Below, piece after piece: positions 17,913 through 28,206 of a stretch of 32,000 nt of DNA (position 1 is its first letter; every line of letters starts with the position of its first letter). A program made the position numbers and the translations under genes. The notes beneath the pieces were generated by a model. It was not told the origin of the DNA, made no database searches, and saw only the letters and a list, made by a program, of their open reading frames with translations. This stretch comes from Candidatus Kuenenia stuttgartensis (lineage in GTDB: Bacteria > Planctomycetota > Brocadiia > Brocadiales > Brocadiaceae), in contig NZ_LT934425.1 in assembly GCF_900232105.1 (NCBI RefSeq), positions 1,590,001 through 1,622,000 on the forward strand, read 5' to 3'.

Positions 17913-20351
17913 CTAACTTTTTGCCGCACAAGATTCTACAGAAGCACTCTTGCCCGTAAAAATATCCTCTACACGATAATTGCCCTTATGCCTGTCCGCC
18001 AATTCACTTATTTTAGATTTGTTCCAATTATTTATACGGCTGAAATAGCCTACGATTCTTGTTATACCATAAACATTTCTCGACCCGCAATAGCCGCAAA
18101 TATCCGTAAGTTTTTTTGTGACTTTTTTACAATCGTTGCAAATGGTGAACTCGGGAGATATGGTAACCTGAGCAGCCTGTGTATTCTTAAATGTTTTTTT
18201 CACGAGATTCAAAATGCTGGAGGCCGGCGGCCTTTCTTCTCCTACAAATGCATGTATTATTGCACCAGATTCAATCATCGTGTGAAATTTACTCTGAAGG
18301 TATATTCTGGTAATCATATCTACCGGGGCATCCGGGCGAAGATGTATGCTATTGGTATAATACAAGCCGTCCCTTTCGTCATTTCCTTTTACAACGTCCG
18401 CCGCTTCAGGGAAATTTCGCATATCCACCTTTGCCAATCTTCTACTTGCACTTTCGGCGGGAGATTCTTCCAAAGAAAACTTCAACTTATGCTTTTTCCC
18501 TGCTTCCTTCACACGCGTATACATGTGGGAAACCACGCGCAAACCCTGGCGGATCATATCATCGCCTTCATGTAATTCTTTTCCCGTCATAAACTGCAAA
18601 CATTCATTTAACCCAATAATGCCTACAATATATGTTGACGCCTCAAGATCTACGTATGGACGACCATCTTTTGCTTTCTTTCCAATTTCCCAAAGAGGCA
18701 TTTCCGGTCCCGACATTAGTTTGCTGATAAATTTCTTTTTTTGAAGATGCGCCTTTACCGCAATTTCAATTGCTTTATCAATCTCTTTGTAAAGCGCATC
18801 CCAATTACCTTTTCCCGCCTTATAGGAGGCCTGGGGCAGGTTAATCGTTATATTTTGAAAGCCGCAAAAACGCATGCTTTCAGGATGTTTGATCATATAA
18901 TTATCATCAATTGTAGTACGTAAACGGCAGCATGCAGAGAGGGTTATCTCATCCCTGTCAAATACAAAGTATGGTACGCCATTCTCACTGGCAATCTGAC
19001 AGGCATATTCCAAAAGCTCATATTGTTTCGGATCTTTAAACGATTCTTCATTTATGTGAAAATCACATTTAGGAAACGCAAAGACATGGCCATAGCAATC
19101 CCCTTCCCTCCAAACATCCAACATCGCCAGAGTAAACCTCCTCGCCGTTTCCGCATACTCTCCATAAGTTTTTCCCGTCGGTTTCCCACCAGGACCTATA
19201 GCGGGTATATCTTTTAAATAACCGGGAATGCCTGTGTGTATATTAAAGTCAAGAAATAACGTCTGCCCCCCCCTGGAAAAAGCGCTCTGCGAACAGCTAA
19301 ATATGAGGTGTTGTGCCTCCTGCTTCATTTCCTGATGGCTCATCCCTTCAAGGTAAGGAGCATACATAATATTAATATACCCCACACCTAACGCCCCGGC
19401 ATAATATGCCTGCATGGAAGCCAGGAATGTATTTAAATGGCCTGTCAATGTACGCGCGTGCTTCGCTGGCGCTGAATCGGTATCTAAATTCTCAAGCGAC
19501 AATCCATATTTTTTTAAATACTCTAAAGAATGAGAAGAGCAATATACTCTGGTCGGATATCCAAGGTCATGAAGATGTACCATCCCACTTAGATGTGCCT
19601 CAGAGACCTCTTTGGAAAAAACCTCCTGAAGCGCGTATTGTTTTAAAGTGTTTTCTGCAATTGCAAGATTTATTGCTTCCGGATTATTAGTGGCAATGTT
19701 GCTGTTTTCCTTATTTTTTGACAGTATTAACTCATCGAGATCATATTTGGGCATACCAAGCACGGCCTGTTTTTCCAGTTTTTTACTGTATCCACGCTCA
19801 AACAATTCATTATCCACCAGCTCCCGGATTAAAGACGTTGAAATACGGTTCAACCCTGAAGAAAACACCCTTTGCTCCACTACGCTTGCAATTTCTTCAG
19901 CAACCTCTCCGGAGATATCCGCCTCCTTTTCCAGCGCTACGGCGACTTTTCTTTTATCCCAGGGAAAAGTTTCGTCCTTTGTCTCCGTATCGACCATGAG
20001 AGAAACATCTGTAGTATCCACTCTTTTCTGGGATTGCTTTCTTACCCTCAGCGAATCACGAATTCTTGCCCTTTTGTCTCTATATATAATGTAAGCCTTC
20101 GCTGTTTTCGCATGCCCCGTCTCAATAAGTACCTTTTCCACCACGTCCTGGATATTTTCTATGCCCGGGGGATTTCCATTGTATTTCTTCGCCAAAAACA
20201 TAGAAACCACTACAGCCAGTTCTTCTGCCAAAGCACGATCATTACCCCCAACAGCCTGCGCCGCCTTAAAAATCGCATCAGCAATCTTTTTTTCAACAAA
20301 AGGAGCTGTCCTTCCGTCTCGTTTTACGACATACTCTATCATATTACCCAT
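17913..20351 (-). CDS. nrdD: Anaerobic ribonucleoside-triphosphate reductase
   Basis: 812 aa; N-terminal ATP-cone 'YVVKRDGRTAPFVEKKIADAIFKA', NrdD core, C-terminal Cys4 zinc motif and glycyl radical region 'RIVGYFSRINNWNKSKISEL'. Confidence 0.95.
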   Translation of the reverse strand: MGNMIEYVVKRDGRTAPFVEKKIADAIFKAAQAVGGNDRALAEELAVVVSMFLAKKYNGNPPGIENIQDVVEKVLIETGHAKTAKAYIIYRDKRARIRDSLRVRKQSQKRVDTTDVSLMVDTETKDETFPWDKRKVAVALEKEADISGEVAEEIASVVEQRVFSSGLNRISTSLIRELVDNELFERGYSKKLEKQAVLGMPKYDLDELILSKNKENSNIATNNPEAINLAIAENTLKQYALQEVFSKEVSEAHLSGMVHLHDLGYPTRVYCSSHSLEYLKKYGLSLENLDTDSAPAKHARTLTGHLNTFLASMQAYYAGALGVGYINIMYAPYLEGMSHQEMKQEAQHLIFSCSQSAFSRGGQTLFLDFNIHTGIPGYLKDIPAIGPGGKPTGKTYGEYAETARRFTLAMLDVWREGDCYGHVFAFPKCDFHINEESFKDPKQYELLEYACQIASENGVPYFVFDRDEITLSACCRLRTTIDDNYMIKHPESMRFCGFQNITINLPQASYKAGKGNWDALYKEIDKAIEIAVKAHLQKKKFISKLMSGPEMPLWEIGKKAKDGRPYVDLEASTYIVGIIGLNECLQFMTGKELHEGDDMIRQGLRVVSHMYTRVKEAGKKHKLKFSLEESPAESASRRLAKVDMRNFPEAADVVKGNDERDGLYYTNSIHLRPDAPVDMITRIYLQSKFHTMIESGAIIHAFVGEERPPASSILNLVKKTFKNTQAAQVTISPEFTICNDCKKVTKKLTDICGYCGSRNVYGITRIVGYFSRINNWNKSKISELADRHKGNYRVEDIFTGKSASVESCAAKS

Positions 20352-20402
20352 ATCTTTCCGTACCTCCTAACAGGTTTAATACTATAACTTGTAGTTGTTC
20401 TT

Positions 20403-20873
20403 TCATCGCATCTTCTTCTTGGTTCCCTGCATAAACGGTTTTAGCTCATCTATAAATTCCGAAATATCTTTAAATTCCCTGTATACAGAAGCAAAACGAA
20501 CATAAGCAACCATATCAAGAATCCTTAATTTCTGCATTACCAGAGAACCAATAAAGTTTGCATTTACTTCACGGTCGAATTTGCTATATATTTCGCGCTC
20601 TATTTCATCAACGATATTTTCTATTATATCGGTAGAGACAGGCCGCTTCTCACACGCTTTCAGCAAACCATTAAATACTTTTTTCCGATCATACATCTCG
20701 CGCCGTCCATCTTTCTTAACGACACGCAATGGATTTTCTTCAACTCGCTCGTATGTAGTATATCGACGACCGCAGTCCAAACACTCCCGCCTGCGCTTAA
20801 TACTTAGACCATCCGCTGTTGTACGAGAATTAATCACTTTGTCATTATCCGCTTTACAAAACAAGCATTGCAT
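20403..20873 (-). CDS. nrdR: Transcriptional repressor NrdR
   Basis: 156 aa; 'MQCLFCKADNDKVINSRTTADGLSIKRRRECLDCGRRYTTYE' zinc ribbon plus ATP-cone. Confidence 0.97.
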   Translation of the reverse strand: MQCLFCKADNDKVINSRTTADGLSIKRRRECLDCGRRYTTYERVEENPLRVVKKDGRREMYDRKKVFNGLLKACEKRPVSTDIIENIVDEIEREIYSKFDREVNANFIGSLVMQKLRILDMVAYVRFASVYREFKDISEFIDELKPFMQGTKKKMR

Positions 20874-21243
20874 GCGCCCTTAACCTAACATGGAGAAGCC
20901 AGAACCAAACAAGCACGAAACACGAAAGACGCGCTCGTTTGGAATATAAAATCATTTTATCATTAGAATTCGTTTCGTATCCAGTATTTCGGGTTTCACT
21001 ATTAAATATTTTAACAAAAACCGTTAAAGAAATTACTGATAAGGTACCAAAAACACATTTATAGCTATATATGTTAGTCTGAAGTATATATCATACAAGA
21101 TATATGATGTCAAGAAGATTTACCAAAAAACCTGCTTTATTGATTTTCAAGCAAAAATAATTCAACGTTTTTACTGTATTATTGAGTTTAACACGTATAC
21201 TATCGAGGACAAAAACTTTTTATTTTTGAAAGGCGTTTTGTTA

Positions 21244-21732
21244 CTATTTTTCATCGCCCACAACAGGTTCTTCAAGCCCTGCAAAGTCAACCGGGACATT
21301 TGCCATATGAAGTATTTCTTTTGCAAGGGCATCGGGGTAATCGGAAATGGCAACAATACGCTTTATTCCGGCATTCACCAGCATTTTAGCGCACAAAGAA
21401 CATGGACAGGTTGTGCTATACAAGGTTGCTCCCGAAATTTTTATTCCGTAGCGCGCTGCTTGTATAAGAGCATTCATTTCAGCATGAAGCCCCCGGCATA
21501 ATTCGTGGCGTTCGCCAGGCGGCACTCTTAATTGTTCCCGCAAACAGCCAATTTCCAGACAGTGCTGAAGCCCGCTTGGCGCTCCATTGTAACCTGTGGC
21601 TAGAATATGTTTTTCCAAAACAAGAACAGCACCTACCTGTCTGCGCAGGCATGTTGACCGCCGCGCAACTTCTTTTGTAATCCTCAAAAAATATTCGTCC
21701 CATGAAGGCCTCTCGCGCATTTCACTTCCCAA
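21244..21732 (-). CDS. Deoxycytidylate (dCMP) deaminase / ComEB family
   Basis: '[30 protein letters not shown]...[13 protein letters not shown]...[18 protein letters not shown]'; start could be 21732 or 21720. Confidence 0.9.
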   Translation of the reverse strand: MGSEMRERPSWDEYFLRITKEVARRSTCLRRQVGAVLVLEKHILATGYNGAPSGLQHCLEIGCLREQLRVPPGERHELCRGLHAEMNALIQAARYGIKISGATLYSTTCPCSLCAKMLVNAGIKRIVAISDYPDALAKEILHMANVPVDFAGLEEPVVGDEK

Positions 21733-23128
21733 TACAAAATTCCTGAAATATTTTATCTAAAATATCCTCTGTCGTAATTTCACCTACTACTTCACCAAGA
21801 ATGTCCACTGCCATTCTCAGGTCCATGGCAATAAATTCATCGCTCATAGTATCTCTGAAAGACGCTATCGCCTGTTCTATTCGTTCGTACGACCGTTGCA
21901 TGGCGTCTTTTTGATAAACATTGAAAAAATGAAGTGTGTTTGATCGTTCTATCTGCCCGGCCAAAACTTTATCAAACATAAGTGTCTTTAATCTCTCCAA
22001 TCCCTCGCCGGTTAATGCAGAAACATACACAACAGTATATTTTTTTACTTCTTCCGGCAGTTCAAAGGAAGAACTCTCCGGCATTAAATCGCATTTGTTG
22101 ACCACCACAATTACATTATTGGCAACCTCACTATGATTTATTTCCAATGATTGGATATCCATTTTTTCATTACCGGCAAAAACAAGCAATAACAGATGTG
22201 CACTTTTCAAGGCACCTTGAGCCTTTTCTCTTGCTTGTAAAAAAACAGGTTCTCTTGCTTCATCGAAACCCGCTATATCTGTTAATTTAAAACACACGCT
22301 TCCTATTTCCAAAACTCCGGTAACCATATCCCGCGTAGTCCCTGGTCTGTCACTTACAATAGCTCTTTTCTCCCCCAGCAGCGCGTTAATCAAACTCGAT
22401 TTTCCCACATTCGGTTTGCCATATAGTACCGTACGAATTTCTTCAGAAGATATTTTATCCGTCAACGGCTTATTCATTAGATTAACAATATCATTTCTAA
22501 TATCTTCCATTTTGTTTATCATTTCCATCCGGGATATTAATTCAATGTCCTGGTCTGAAAAGTCAATGGACATTTCAATATATGTACAAAGGGAGGTTAT
22601 TTTGTTTTGAATATCTTTAATTCGCAGAGAAGCATTTCCTGACAATTGCAAAATTGCCAAATCGAGTTCTGAATCTGATTGCGAACGAATGAGGTTTTTT
22701 ATCGCTTCCGCCTGCGCAAGATCTATTCGTCCGTGCAAAAATGCTCGTTTTGTAAATTCTCCCGGCCGCGAAAGCCGCAAACCGTCTTTTAATCCTTCTT
22801 TTTTTTGTAAAATATATTGCAGAATCATTTCTCCGATTGGCCTGCCTCCCAAAGTGTGAATCTCCACGATATCTTCTTTTGTATAGGAATGTGGCTGCCT
22901 CATCACATATAAAACAGCAGGAATTTTTAATGACTCCGCAGGCAAACAAATACATCCTTTTATAGAAACAAATGTTTGTAAGTTTTCTAGTTTTATATTA
23001 GCAGAAGGAACAAATATTTCATGGATCGAGGGAATTGCTTCTGATCCGCTTACCCTGATCACTGCGTGAAAGGATCTGCCTGCTGGCGTTGCTACGGTAA
23101 GAATGGTATCCTGTACTTCAGGAAGCAT
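21722..23128 (-). CDS. mnmE: tRNA uridine-5-carboxymethylaminomethyl(34) synthesis GTPase MnmE
   Basis: 468 aa; '[31 protein letters not shown]', C-terminal 'FCIGK'. Confidence 0.97.
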   Translation of the reverse strand: MLPEVQDTILTVATPAGRSFHAVIRVSGSEAIPSIHEIFVPSANIKLENLQTFVSIKGCICLPAESLKIPAVLYVMRQPHSYTKEDIVEIHTLGGRPIGEMILQYILQKKEGLKDGLRLSRPGEFTKRAFLHGRIDLAQAEAIKNLIRSQSDSELDLAILQLSGNASLRIKDIQNKITSLCTYIEMSIDFSDQDIELISRMEMINKMEDIRNDIVNLMNKPLTDKISSEEIRTVLYGKPNVGKSSLINALLGEKRAIVSDRPGTTRDMVTGVLEIGSVCFKLTDIAGFDEAREPVFLQAREKAQGALKSAHLLLLVFAGNEKMDIQSLEINHSEVANNVIVVVNKCDLMPESSSFELPEEVKKYTVVYVSALTGEGLERLKTLMFDKVLAGQIERSNTLHFFNVYQKDAMQRSYERIEQAIASFRDTMSDEFIAMDLRMAVDILGEVVGEITTEDILDKIFQEFCIGK

Positions 23129-23208
23129 ATGATGTCACGGTTATATTAGGGATATTTTTTGCCTGTTGAATATTTAGCTATGGGAGCGCAAAAAAAGGGG
23201 GGATCACA

Positions 23209-24900
23209 CTAAACTATTTTTATTTTTTTAATAGATTTTCTAATGAATAGGCTTTCAACGATGCTGAATATAGTGCTTGTTGTCCAATAAAGGGTAAGTC
23301 CTGAAGGCATTTTATATAAAATGAACGCAAACATAATTGGCATAAATGACATCATTTTTTGCTGCGCCTGAGCCTGTGGGTCAGTGGCTGGAGATTTCGG
23401 CGTTAATTTCATCTGAACAAAGGAAGCGCCTGTCATTATTATCGGCAGGATATTCAGGGTATTACCGAGAAAAGGGATGGTAAACGGCAAATACATCAGT
23501 GTGTCAGGCATGGAAAGATCATTTATCCAAAAAACAAAAGGTGCCTGCCTCATTTCAAAAGAGAGCTGCAGTGTTCTGAACAGTGCAAAAAAAACAGGCA
23601 ATTGCAATATCATTGGCAAGCAGCCGCTCATTGGATTTACACCATATTTTTTAAACAACAACACCTGTTCCTGGCCTATTTTTTGCTTATTGTTTTTATA
23701 TTTTTCCTTAAGCTGGTTAATCAGCGGTTGCAACTGTTGCATCCTAAACATGGAAACCTGGCTTTTTCTCGTTAACGGAAACAAAAGAGCCTTGATAATT
23801 ATCGTTAATACTATGATGGAAATGCCATAATTGGGAATTACGTTATGAACAGCATTTAAAAAACCAAGGAGCAGTTTGCTTATGACATTTAACCACCCAT
23901 AACTTATGATAGCATCCATGGTGCCATACTGACCCAAAACCTCTTCTTTCTTCGGGCCTACAAAATAGAGATATCCATGTCTGACGGACGTATGCGGAGC
24001 TATGTGTATTCTCCCCGTCTGCAAGCTGACCATAAAATCACCCTGTTCCGCCTTTTCCTCTGAAGGCATACCTTGCATATCAAATGCCTGAAGATGAACA
24101 GATGCTACCCATTCACTGGAAGCAGGCTTCAACACTGTGGCAAAATACTTATTCGTTGAACCCGCCCAAACAATGCCACGAGACTCATTTTTGGCAGGAA
24201 ACCCTTTCGGTGCGGTGGATACTAATTTAATTTTATGGTTCCCCATATCGATGCCGACAAGCCCTGCAATATCTGTCGAAATTACGCCTTCGTGCGTAAT
24301 CATGGAGGAGGCAATGATATCGTATGCTAAAGAAATTTCAGCGTCTGTATTGTTTTCCAATACAATTTCCATATCCACTTGGTATTTACCATCCGGTATG
24401 GAAACGGTCTTGATAAGATTAAGTCCGCTTTCCAGGCTTGTGCTAAACGAAATCCTTCCCTTGCTTCTATCCGTTATCCTGTATCTCTGTCTTTGGAAAT
24501 CTGCCTTTTGATATATATAGCTTATGGCGAGGGGGCGATATTCCGTATCAGCATCTTTTATTAATTCTAAAGTATCTTTCGAATCCTGACTTTTAAAATC
24601 CTTTAGTTTAACCGATTTGAGCGCCGCACCGTCATTTATCCACACTGTTCTAATACATTCATTTTCAATCACCACTTCTTCTTCATGTATGTCCATCTCA
24701 CGCAAAGTTTCCTGAGAAGGCAGCAACGCAGGAATGACCGTCCTTATTTCATTTTTTGTTTCGAGGCGTCGTTTTTCGGCAGAGAGTTCCTCTTGTGTTA
24801 CCTTCTCTGTTTTTGGAGATAGCAAAGGCAGTATAATGGGGTAGTATAATAACATTATTACCCCGCAAATGATTAATGCAATCAGCGATTTTCTATCCAT
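23209..24900 (-). CDS. yidC: Membrane protein insertase YidC
   Basis: 563 aa; periplasmic domain and 'LKEKYKNNKQKIGQEQVLLFKKYGVNPMSGCLPMILQLPVFFALF...PSGLTLYWTTSTIFSI'. Confidence 0.97.
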   Translation of the reverse strand: MDRKSLIALIICGVIMLLYYPIILPLLSPKTEKVTQEELSAEKRRLETKNEIRTVIPALLPSQETLREMDIHEEEVVIENECIRTVWINDGAALKSVKLKDFKSQDSKDTLELIKDADTEYRPLAISYIYQKADFQRQRYRITDRSKGRISFSTSLESGLNLIKTVSIPDGKYQVDMEIVLENNTDAEISLAYDIIASSMITHEGVISTDIAGLVGIDMGNHKIKLVSTAPKGFPAKNESRGIVWAGSTNKYFATVLKPASSEWVASVHLQAFDMQGMPSEEKAEQGDFMVSLQTGRIHIAPHTSVRHGYLYFVGPKKEEVLGQYGTMDAIISYGWLNVISKLLLGFLNAVHNVIPNYGISIIVLTIIIKALLFPLTRKSQVSMFRMQQLQPLINQLKEKYKNNKQKIGQEQVLLFKKYGVNPMSGCLPMILQLPVFFALFRTLQLSFEMRQAPFVFWINDLSMPDTLMYLPFTIPFLGNTLNILPIIMTGASFVQMKLTPKSPATDPQAQAQQKMMSFMPIMFAFILYKMPSGLTLYWTTSTIFSIVESLFIRKSIKKIKIV

Positions 24901-25079
24901 TAAGATTCCTTCTCTTTCGTTTCTGGCAACGCTGCTTCATCTATAAGCATAACCGGTATATCATCTTTTACAGGATACCTTCGCCCGCATTGCACACAAA
25001 TAATCCTGTCGCCCTCCAGTCGAACATCTGTTTTGCACAGCGGGCATGCGAGTATTTCCAACAATTCCTTAGAAACCAT
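24900..25079 (-). CDS. Trm112 family protein (59 aa), not in the supplied ORF track
   Basis: Manual translation: MVSKELLEILACPLCKTDVRLEGDRIICVQCGRRYPVKDDIPVMLIDEAALPETKEKES*; stop/start overlap TAATG with yidC. Confidence 0.9.
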   Translation of the reverse strand: MVSKELLEILACPLCKTDVRLEGDRIICVQCGRRYPVKDDIPVMLIDEAALPETKEKES

Positions 25080-25343
25080 AACCTATTATCTCCAAATGAC
25101 ATTTCAATGCCAAAAACATTTTTTTAAATACTTTTTAAGCAGCCGCAGCCAAAAATAAAACTCACATTTATGTCCGCGTGTTTATTTTTAGGCGGTAATA
25201 CCTGCCTTACGAGACAAACAAAGAAGCAAAGATACTAACAAACTAACGAATTAAATTCAAATTAAAACTATGTATGCCAATGTTATAGGATACGATTGCA
25301 CAAAAAAGAGGTGAAAAAGTGGCGAGTTAAAGTATTTGTAATT

Positions 25344-26080
25344 AATTGTATAAAGATATTTGTACGTCGGAGTAATTTAGTGGCTGTTCTATTCTTACCT
25401 TATTCTGCCTTACCAGTTCTAATAGCGCCAAAAAAAAAACCAATGATGCGACGTCTTTCTCTTATCCCTTCAAAAAGCGCAAAAAAAGAAACAGGGGCGC
25501 TCTGTTGAACACGCAATAGAACGGCCTCCATATAATCCTTTACCGGGGTATCGTCGTAAACAATTGTTCTGCCCTGAACATCAAACAATGTTTGACTCAT
25601 CAGGTCTGAAAATTTTTGCAACAAATCCCAAAGGCTCACCCCTTCTAGAGGAATTTTCTCTTCGTTTTCTGTCGCTGTTTCTAAGGGATTTTCATAATAT
25701 AACCGTTTCCATTTTCTGCCCCAATGATCCGCTTTATGAGACAAGACGATAGAAGTTTCCTTGTATTTTTTATATTCTAACAATTGTTTTACCAAAGAAG
25801 TCCTTGGATCTTCAATTTCATCTTCATCTTTCATTTCGGTCTTTGGAAGGAGCATATACGATTTTATATACATTAACGTTGCGGCCATTATCAAAAAATC
25901 GCCGATATTGTTCATGTCAAGCGTCTGCAATGCATCTACATAGTGCAAATAGTGCTCTGTAATCCTGGAAATAGGAATGTCATAAATATTTACCTCATCC
26001 TTTTTAATCAAATAAAGGAGCAGATCTACAGGTCCGTTATAAATGTCTAAATCTACTTTATAATTATCCGCTATTTCCAT
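25344..26080 (-). CDS. scpA: Segregation and condensation protein A, with -1/+1 frame disruption at a 10-nt homopolymer
   Basis: ORF 25400..26080 is ScpA-like ('DLDIYNGPVDLLLYLIKKDEVNIYDIPISRITEHYL'). Removing one T from the T10 run (25430-25439) restores '...RRRIIGFFLALLELVRQNKVRIEQPLNYSDVQISLYN*' ending at 25344. Confidence 0.9.
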
Positions 26081-26146
26081 AAAGCTTATCCTGCTAAAAG
26101 TCCTGCATTTTTCTCTGGCGCTTCAAAAAAAAGGCTATCATCCCTT

Positions 26147-26728
26147 TTAAGATAACCCTGAGAAAAGCTTCAGGAAGTATTTTATCGGCGGGCCAAGCAC
26201 CAGGCTAAGAATAGACACCCCAGTAAAATTTCCCATTACAATAAGCCCTAACAGGATAAAGGGTCCGTAACGTTCTATTTCTTTGTATCGGACGGATAGA
26301 CGATACGGCAATAAACCTTCCAGGATATGTGAACCGTCAAGAGGAAAAATTGGGATCATATTAAAAAATGCCAATGACAGGTTTACGACAATCATCGTGA
26401 TTAATAAGTTAAATATCATCGTGGAGAGATTTGACGGCAGGGGAATATTGCGCAACAGTTGAAATACCATGCCAAATAAAAATGCCGAAATGAAATTAGA
26501 TGCAGGGCCTGCAAATGAAACAATCATGTTATCCCTGCGTGGAGTTCTAAAATTATTGGGATTTATGGGAACGGGTTTGCCCCATCCAAAACCTGCAAAA
26601 ACAAAACATAACGCACCCATAATATCAATATGGGCAAGCGGGTTTAACGTTAATCTGCCTTGTAGTCTTGCTGTTGGGTCACCACACCTGTTTGCCGTCC
26701 AACCATGAAAAAATTCATGTATTGTCAA
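26147..26728 (-). CDS. Site-2 protease family (M50) membrane metalloprotease
   Basis: 'TIHEFFHGWTANRCGDPTARLQGRLTLNPLAHIDIMG', 'NLSLAFFNMIPIFPLDGSHIL'; called start is TTG. Confidence 0.9.
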   Translation of the reverse strand: MTIHEFFHGWTANRCGDPTARLQGRLTLNPLAHIDIMGALCFVFAGFGWGKPVPINPNNFRTPRRDNMIVSFAGPASNFISAFLFGMVFQLLRNIPLPSNLSTMIFNLLITMIVVNLSLAFFNMIPIFPLDGSHILEGLLPYRLSVRYKEIERYGPFILLGLIVMGNFTGVSILSLVLGPPIKYFLKLFSGLS

Positions 26729-27410
26729 CGCATAAAGGATTGCTGGTATTGTTATGATTAAATTGTTTATATTAAAAATCGCTCTGTCCCTATTATTAAA
26801 ATTTTAAAAAATATAAAAAATATTAACACAATAAAAATATGTTGTCAAGCTAGCAGAACAATTTGATTTATGCAAATTTTCTTTTCTTTTAGCACAAATA
26901 GGCGTATAAATTTTAATTGCATTGCATATGTGTAGTGAAAGCCGAATATAAAGAAACATATGCGAAATTATACCAAAAGCACCCGAAGGCGTACAAACAT
27001 AACCCGGTCTCTCATCAAATGTGTTGTATGTGGCCAACGGTTATACCACAAGACATCATTGAAGATACCAAACAGATACTTGATAGAGAAAATGGCCGGA
27101 TTTTATTAGGGAACCGAAAGGAAAAACGAAGCGAAACAATTAACAGAAAGGGTAAAAAAGTGAGGGGAAACAGGGGATTGTGTTTTTCTAAAACAATTTT
27201 TTAGAAACCTGTTAAATAATATTTGCTGAATGCTTCTTGTCTTCGTAAACTGTTAAAGAAATCGCGGCACAAGGATTATTGAAAACCTGAGAGGAAAAAC
27301 GGTTGTTCATTAAGAGATTTTTCGGTTCAGCCCTGGCGAAAGCGGCAATCTTACGGCCACTTCATTGCTACCTGTTATACAGCGTGCATTATAACCTGAG
27401 AGGGCGTTAA

Positions 27411-27863
27411 ATGCAGATACTCGTCGATGCTGATGCGTTTCCAGGTGTGATAGCGGATATCCTATTCCGGGCAGTTGAGCGCGTTCGCATTCCGTTGCTT
27501 CTGGTCTCAAATAAGCATCTGAAGGTTCCTCAATCTATGTACATTTCAAGTATTACGGTATCTGCAGGTTTTGATGTGGCAGATAATCGTATCGTTGCGA
27601 TGGCTCAACAGGGCGATCTGGTTATCACTGCTGATATACCACTTGCATACCGTGTTGTTGAGAAGGGAGCATATGCGATTGACCCGAGAGGCGATCTCTA
27701 CACGGAAGCAAACATAAAACTGCGGCTGGCCATGCGCAATCTCCTGGATGAACTCCGGGCCGGCGGTATGATTACCGGAGGCCCATCTTCGTTTGGACGG
27801 AAAGACATTCAGTCGTTTGCCTGCCAACTGGACCGTTTTCTGACAAAACATTGTAAGAGTTGA
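27411..27863 (+). CDS. YaiI/YqxD family protein (DUF188)
   Basis: 'MQILVDADAFPGVIADILFRAVERVRIPLLLVSNK...GDLVITADIPLAYRVVEKGAYAIDPRGDLYTEANI'. Confidence 0.93.
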   Translation: MQILVDADAFPGVIADILFRAVERVRIPLLLVSNKHLKVPQSMYISSITVSAGFDVADNRIVAMAQQGDLVITADIPLAYRVVEKGAYAIDPRGDLYTEANIKLRLAMRNLLDELRAGGMITGGPSSFGRKDIQSFACQLDRFLTKHCKS

Positions 27864-27897
27864 AGGTGCATAACAATGGCATGCATGCGGTCGCTTC

Positions 27898-28206
27898 ATG
27901 CTTCGCGCCGATTATGCTTACGTGAGAAATTTAAAAATGAATAATTGGTTTTTGTATTTGATACGATGTAAACATGGAAGATTATATACAGGCATTACCA
28001 CCGATGTGGAAAGAAGATTTGCAGAACACTCAAGTGATGATAAAAAAGGATCAAAATACTTAAGAGGGAAGGCACCTTTAACGCTGGTTTTGAAAAAGAA
28101 GATTGGAAGCAGGAGTATTGCATTAAAGATGGAAGCAAGGGTAAAAAAATTACCAAAAATAAAAAAGGAAATGTTCGTGGAGGGTAAAATCCAAATAAAT
28201 ATATGA
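27898..28206 (+). CDS. GIY-YIG nuclease family protein
   Basis: 'WFLYLIRCKHGRLYTGITTDVERRFAEHSSDDKKGSKYLRGKAPLTLV'; probable start at MNNWFLY. Confidence 0.92.
   Translation: MLRADYAYVRNLKMNNWFLYLIRCKHGRLYTGITTDVERRFAEHSSDDKKGSKYLRGKAPLTLVLKKKIGSRSIALKMEARVKKLPKIKKEMFVEGKIQINI

Noticed and set aside
17865-18575. 236-aa plus-strand ORF
   Set aside because: Antisense to the highly conserved nrdD gene.
26917-27204. 95-aa plus-strand ORF
   Set aside because: No recognisable domain, unusual composition, and conflicting frames; not enough support to call a gene.
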